From a virus, in the IMG/VR virus record IMGVR_UViG_3300042884_001293, positions 16,033-80,032 of that record: a stretch of 64,000 nucleotides of DNA; one strand, given 5' to 3'. Below are positions 63,855-64,000 of the stretch, piece after piece (the first letter of the stretch is position 1; each line of letters begins with the position of its first letter). A program made the position numbers and the translations under genes. The notes under the pieces are model-generated. The model saw nothing but the letters and a program-made list of their open reading frames with translations, did no database searches and had not been told where the DNA came from.

Positions 63855-64000
63855 ATGACAACAGAAACTTTAATCACGTTACAGCCAAATCAATTGCCAG
63901 AAGCGATCGCTAAAGGCTATCGTGGCGGTAACATACTTGGCGACGATAACAACCCAACATTAAAGAGCATTGCTTATCAAAGACAGCAAGCTAATGTCAG
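63855..64000 (+). CDS. partial ORF running off the window
   Basis: ATG 63855 (MTTETLITLQPNQLPEAIAKGY...), divergent from the capsid gene. Confidence 0.3.
   Translation, partial: MTTETLITLQPNQLPEAIAKGYRGGNILGDDNNPTLKSIAYQRQQANV

Noticed and set aside
1-64000. tRNA genes, a DGR (reverse transcriptase plus template/variable repeats), a retron, integrase/att sites, terminase and portal.
   Set aside because: Scanning intergenic regions by eye gave no T-arm-like GGTTCGAATCC-type motif. No ORF shows RT (YxDD), recombinase, terminase Walker/nuclease or portal features I could recognise. Absence by eye is not proof and needs tRNAscan and HMM searches.

Overview
This 64 kb window looks like a tailed cyanophage, prophage or phage-plasmid. 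The cyanobacterial HIP1 octamer GCGATCGC is scattered through most of it. Family calls come from motifs read by eye; no searches were run. Layout: (1) 0-22.3 kb, plus-strand siphovirus-type tail module: Mu gpG-like morphogenesis protein, major tail protein, G/GT chaperones with a lambda-type GGGAAAG -1 slippery site, 1317-aa tape measure, and distal tail genes. Two minus-strand islands interrupt it (4.0-5.9 kb; 12.5-17.8 kb with an HNH endonuclease and a Bro-N antirepressor). (2) 22.3-26.7 kb, minus-strand operon of small membrane proteins around a membrane-anchored FtsK/TraB-like ATPase, followed by a 0.7 kb structured non-coding tract. (3) 28.3-31.4 kb, operon headed by an XRE repressor with a divergent early operon. 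(4) 31.5-57.6 kb, early/replication/modification genes: Dcm, dCTP deaminase, P-loop kinase-like protein, T5orf172, initiator with five 21-bp iterons, DnaB, Gp37/Gp68, two adenine methylases, and an NblA-like gene. (5) 57.6-63.7 kb, minus-strand operon with an HK97-like major capsid gene and fibre-like beta-rich proteins. The most unusual element is at 41.7-46.3 kb. It is a translationally coupled, array-less type IV-B-like CRISPR-Cas effector operon: Cas7-like, Cas5-like, CysH-like PAPS reductase and Cas6/Cmx6-like genes, with an embedded GIY-YIG nuclease and a COQ4-like metalloprotein. I recognised no integrase, terminase, portal, tRNA or CRISPR array in the window.
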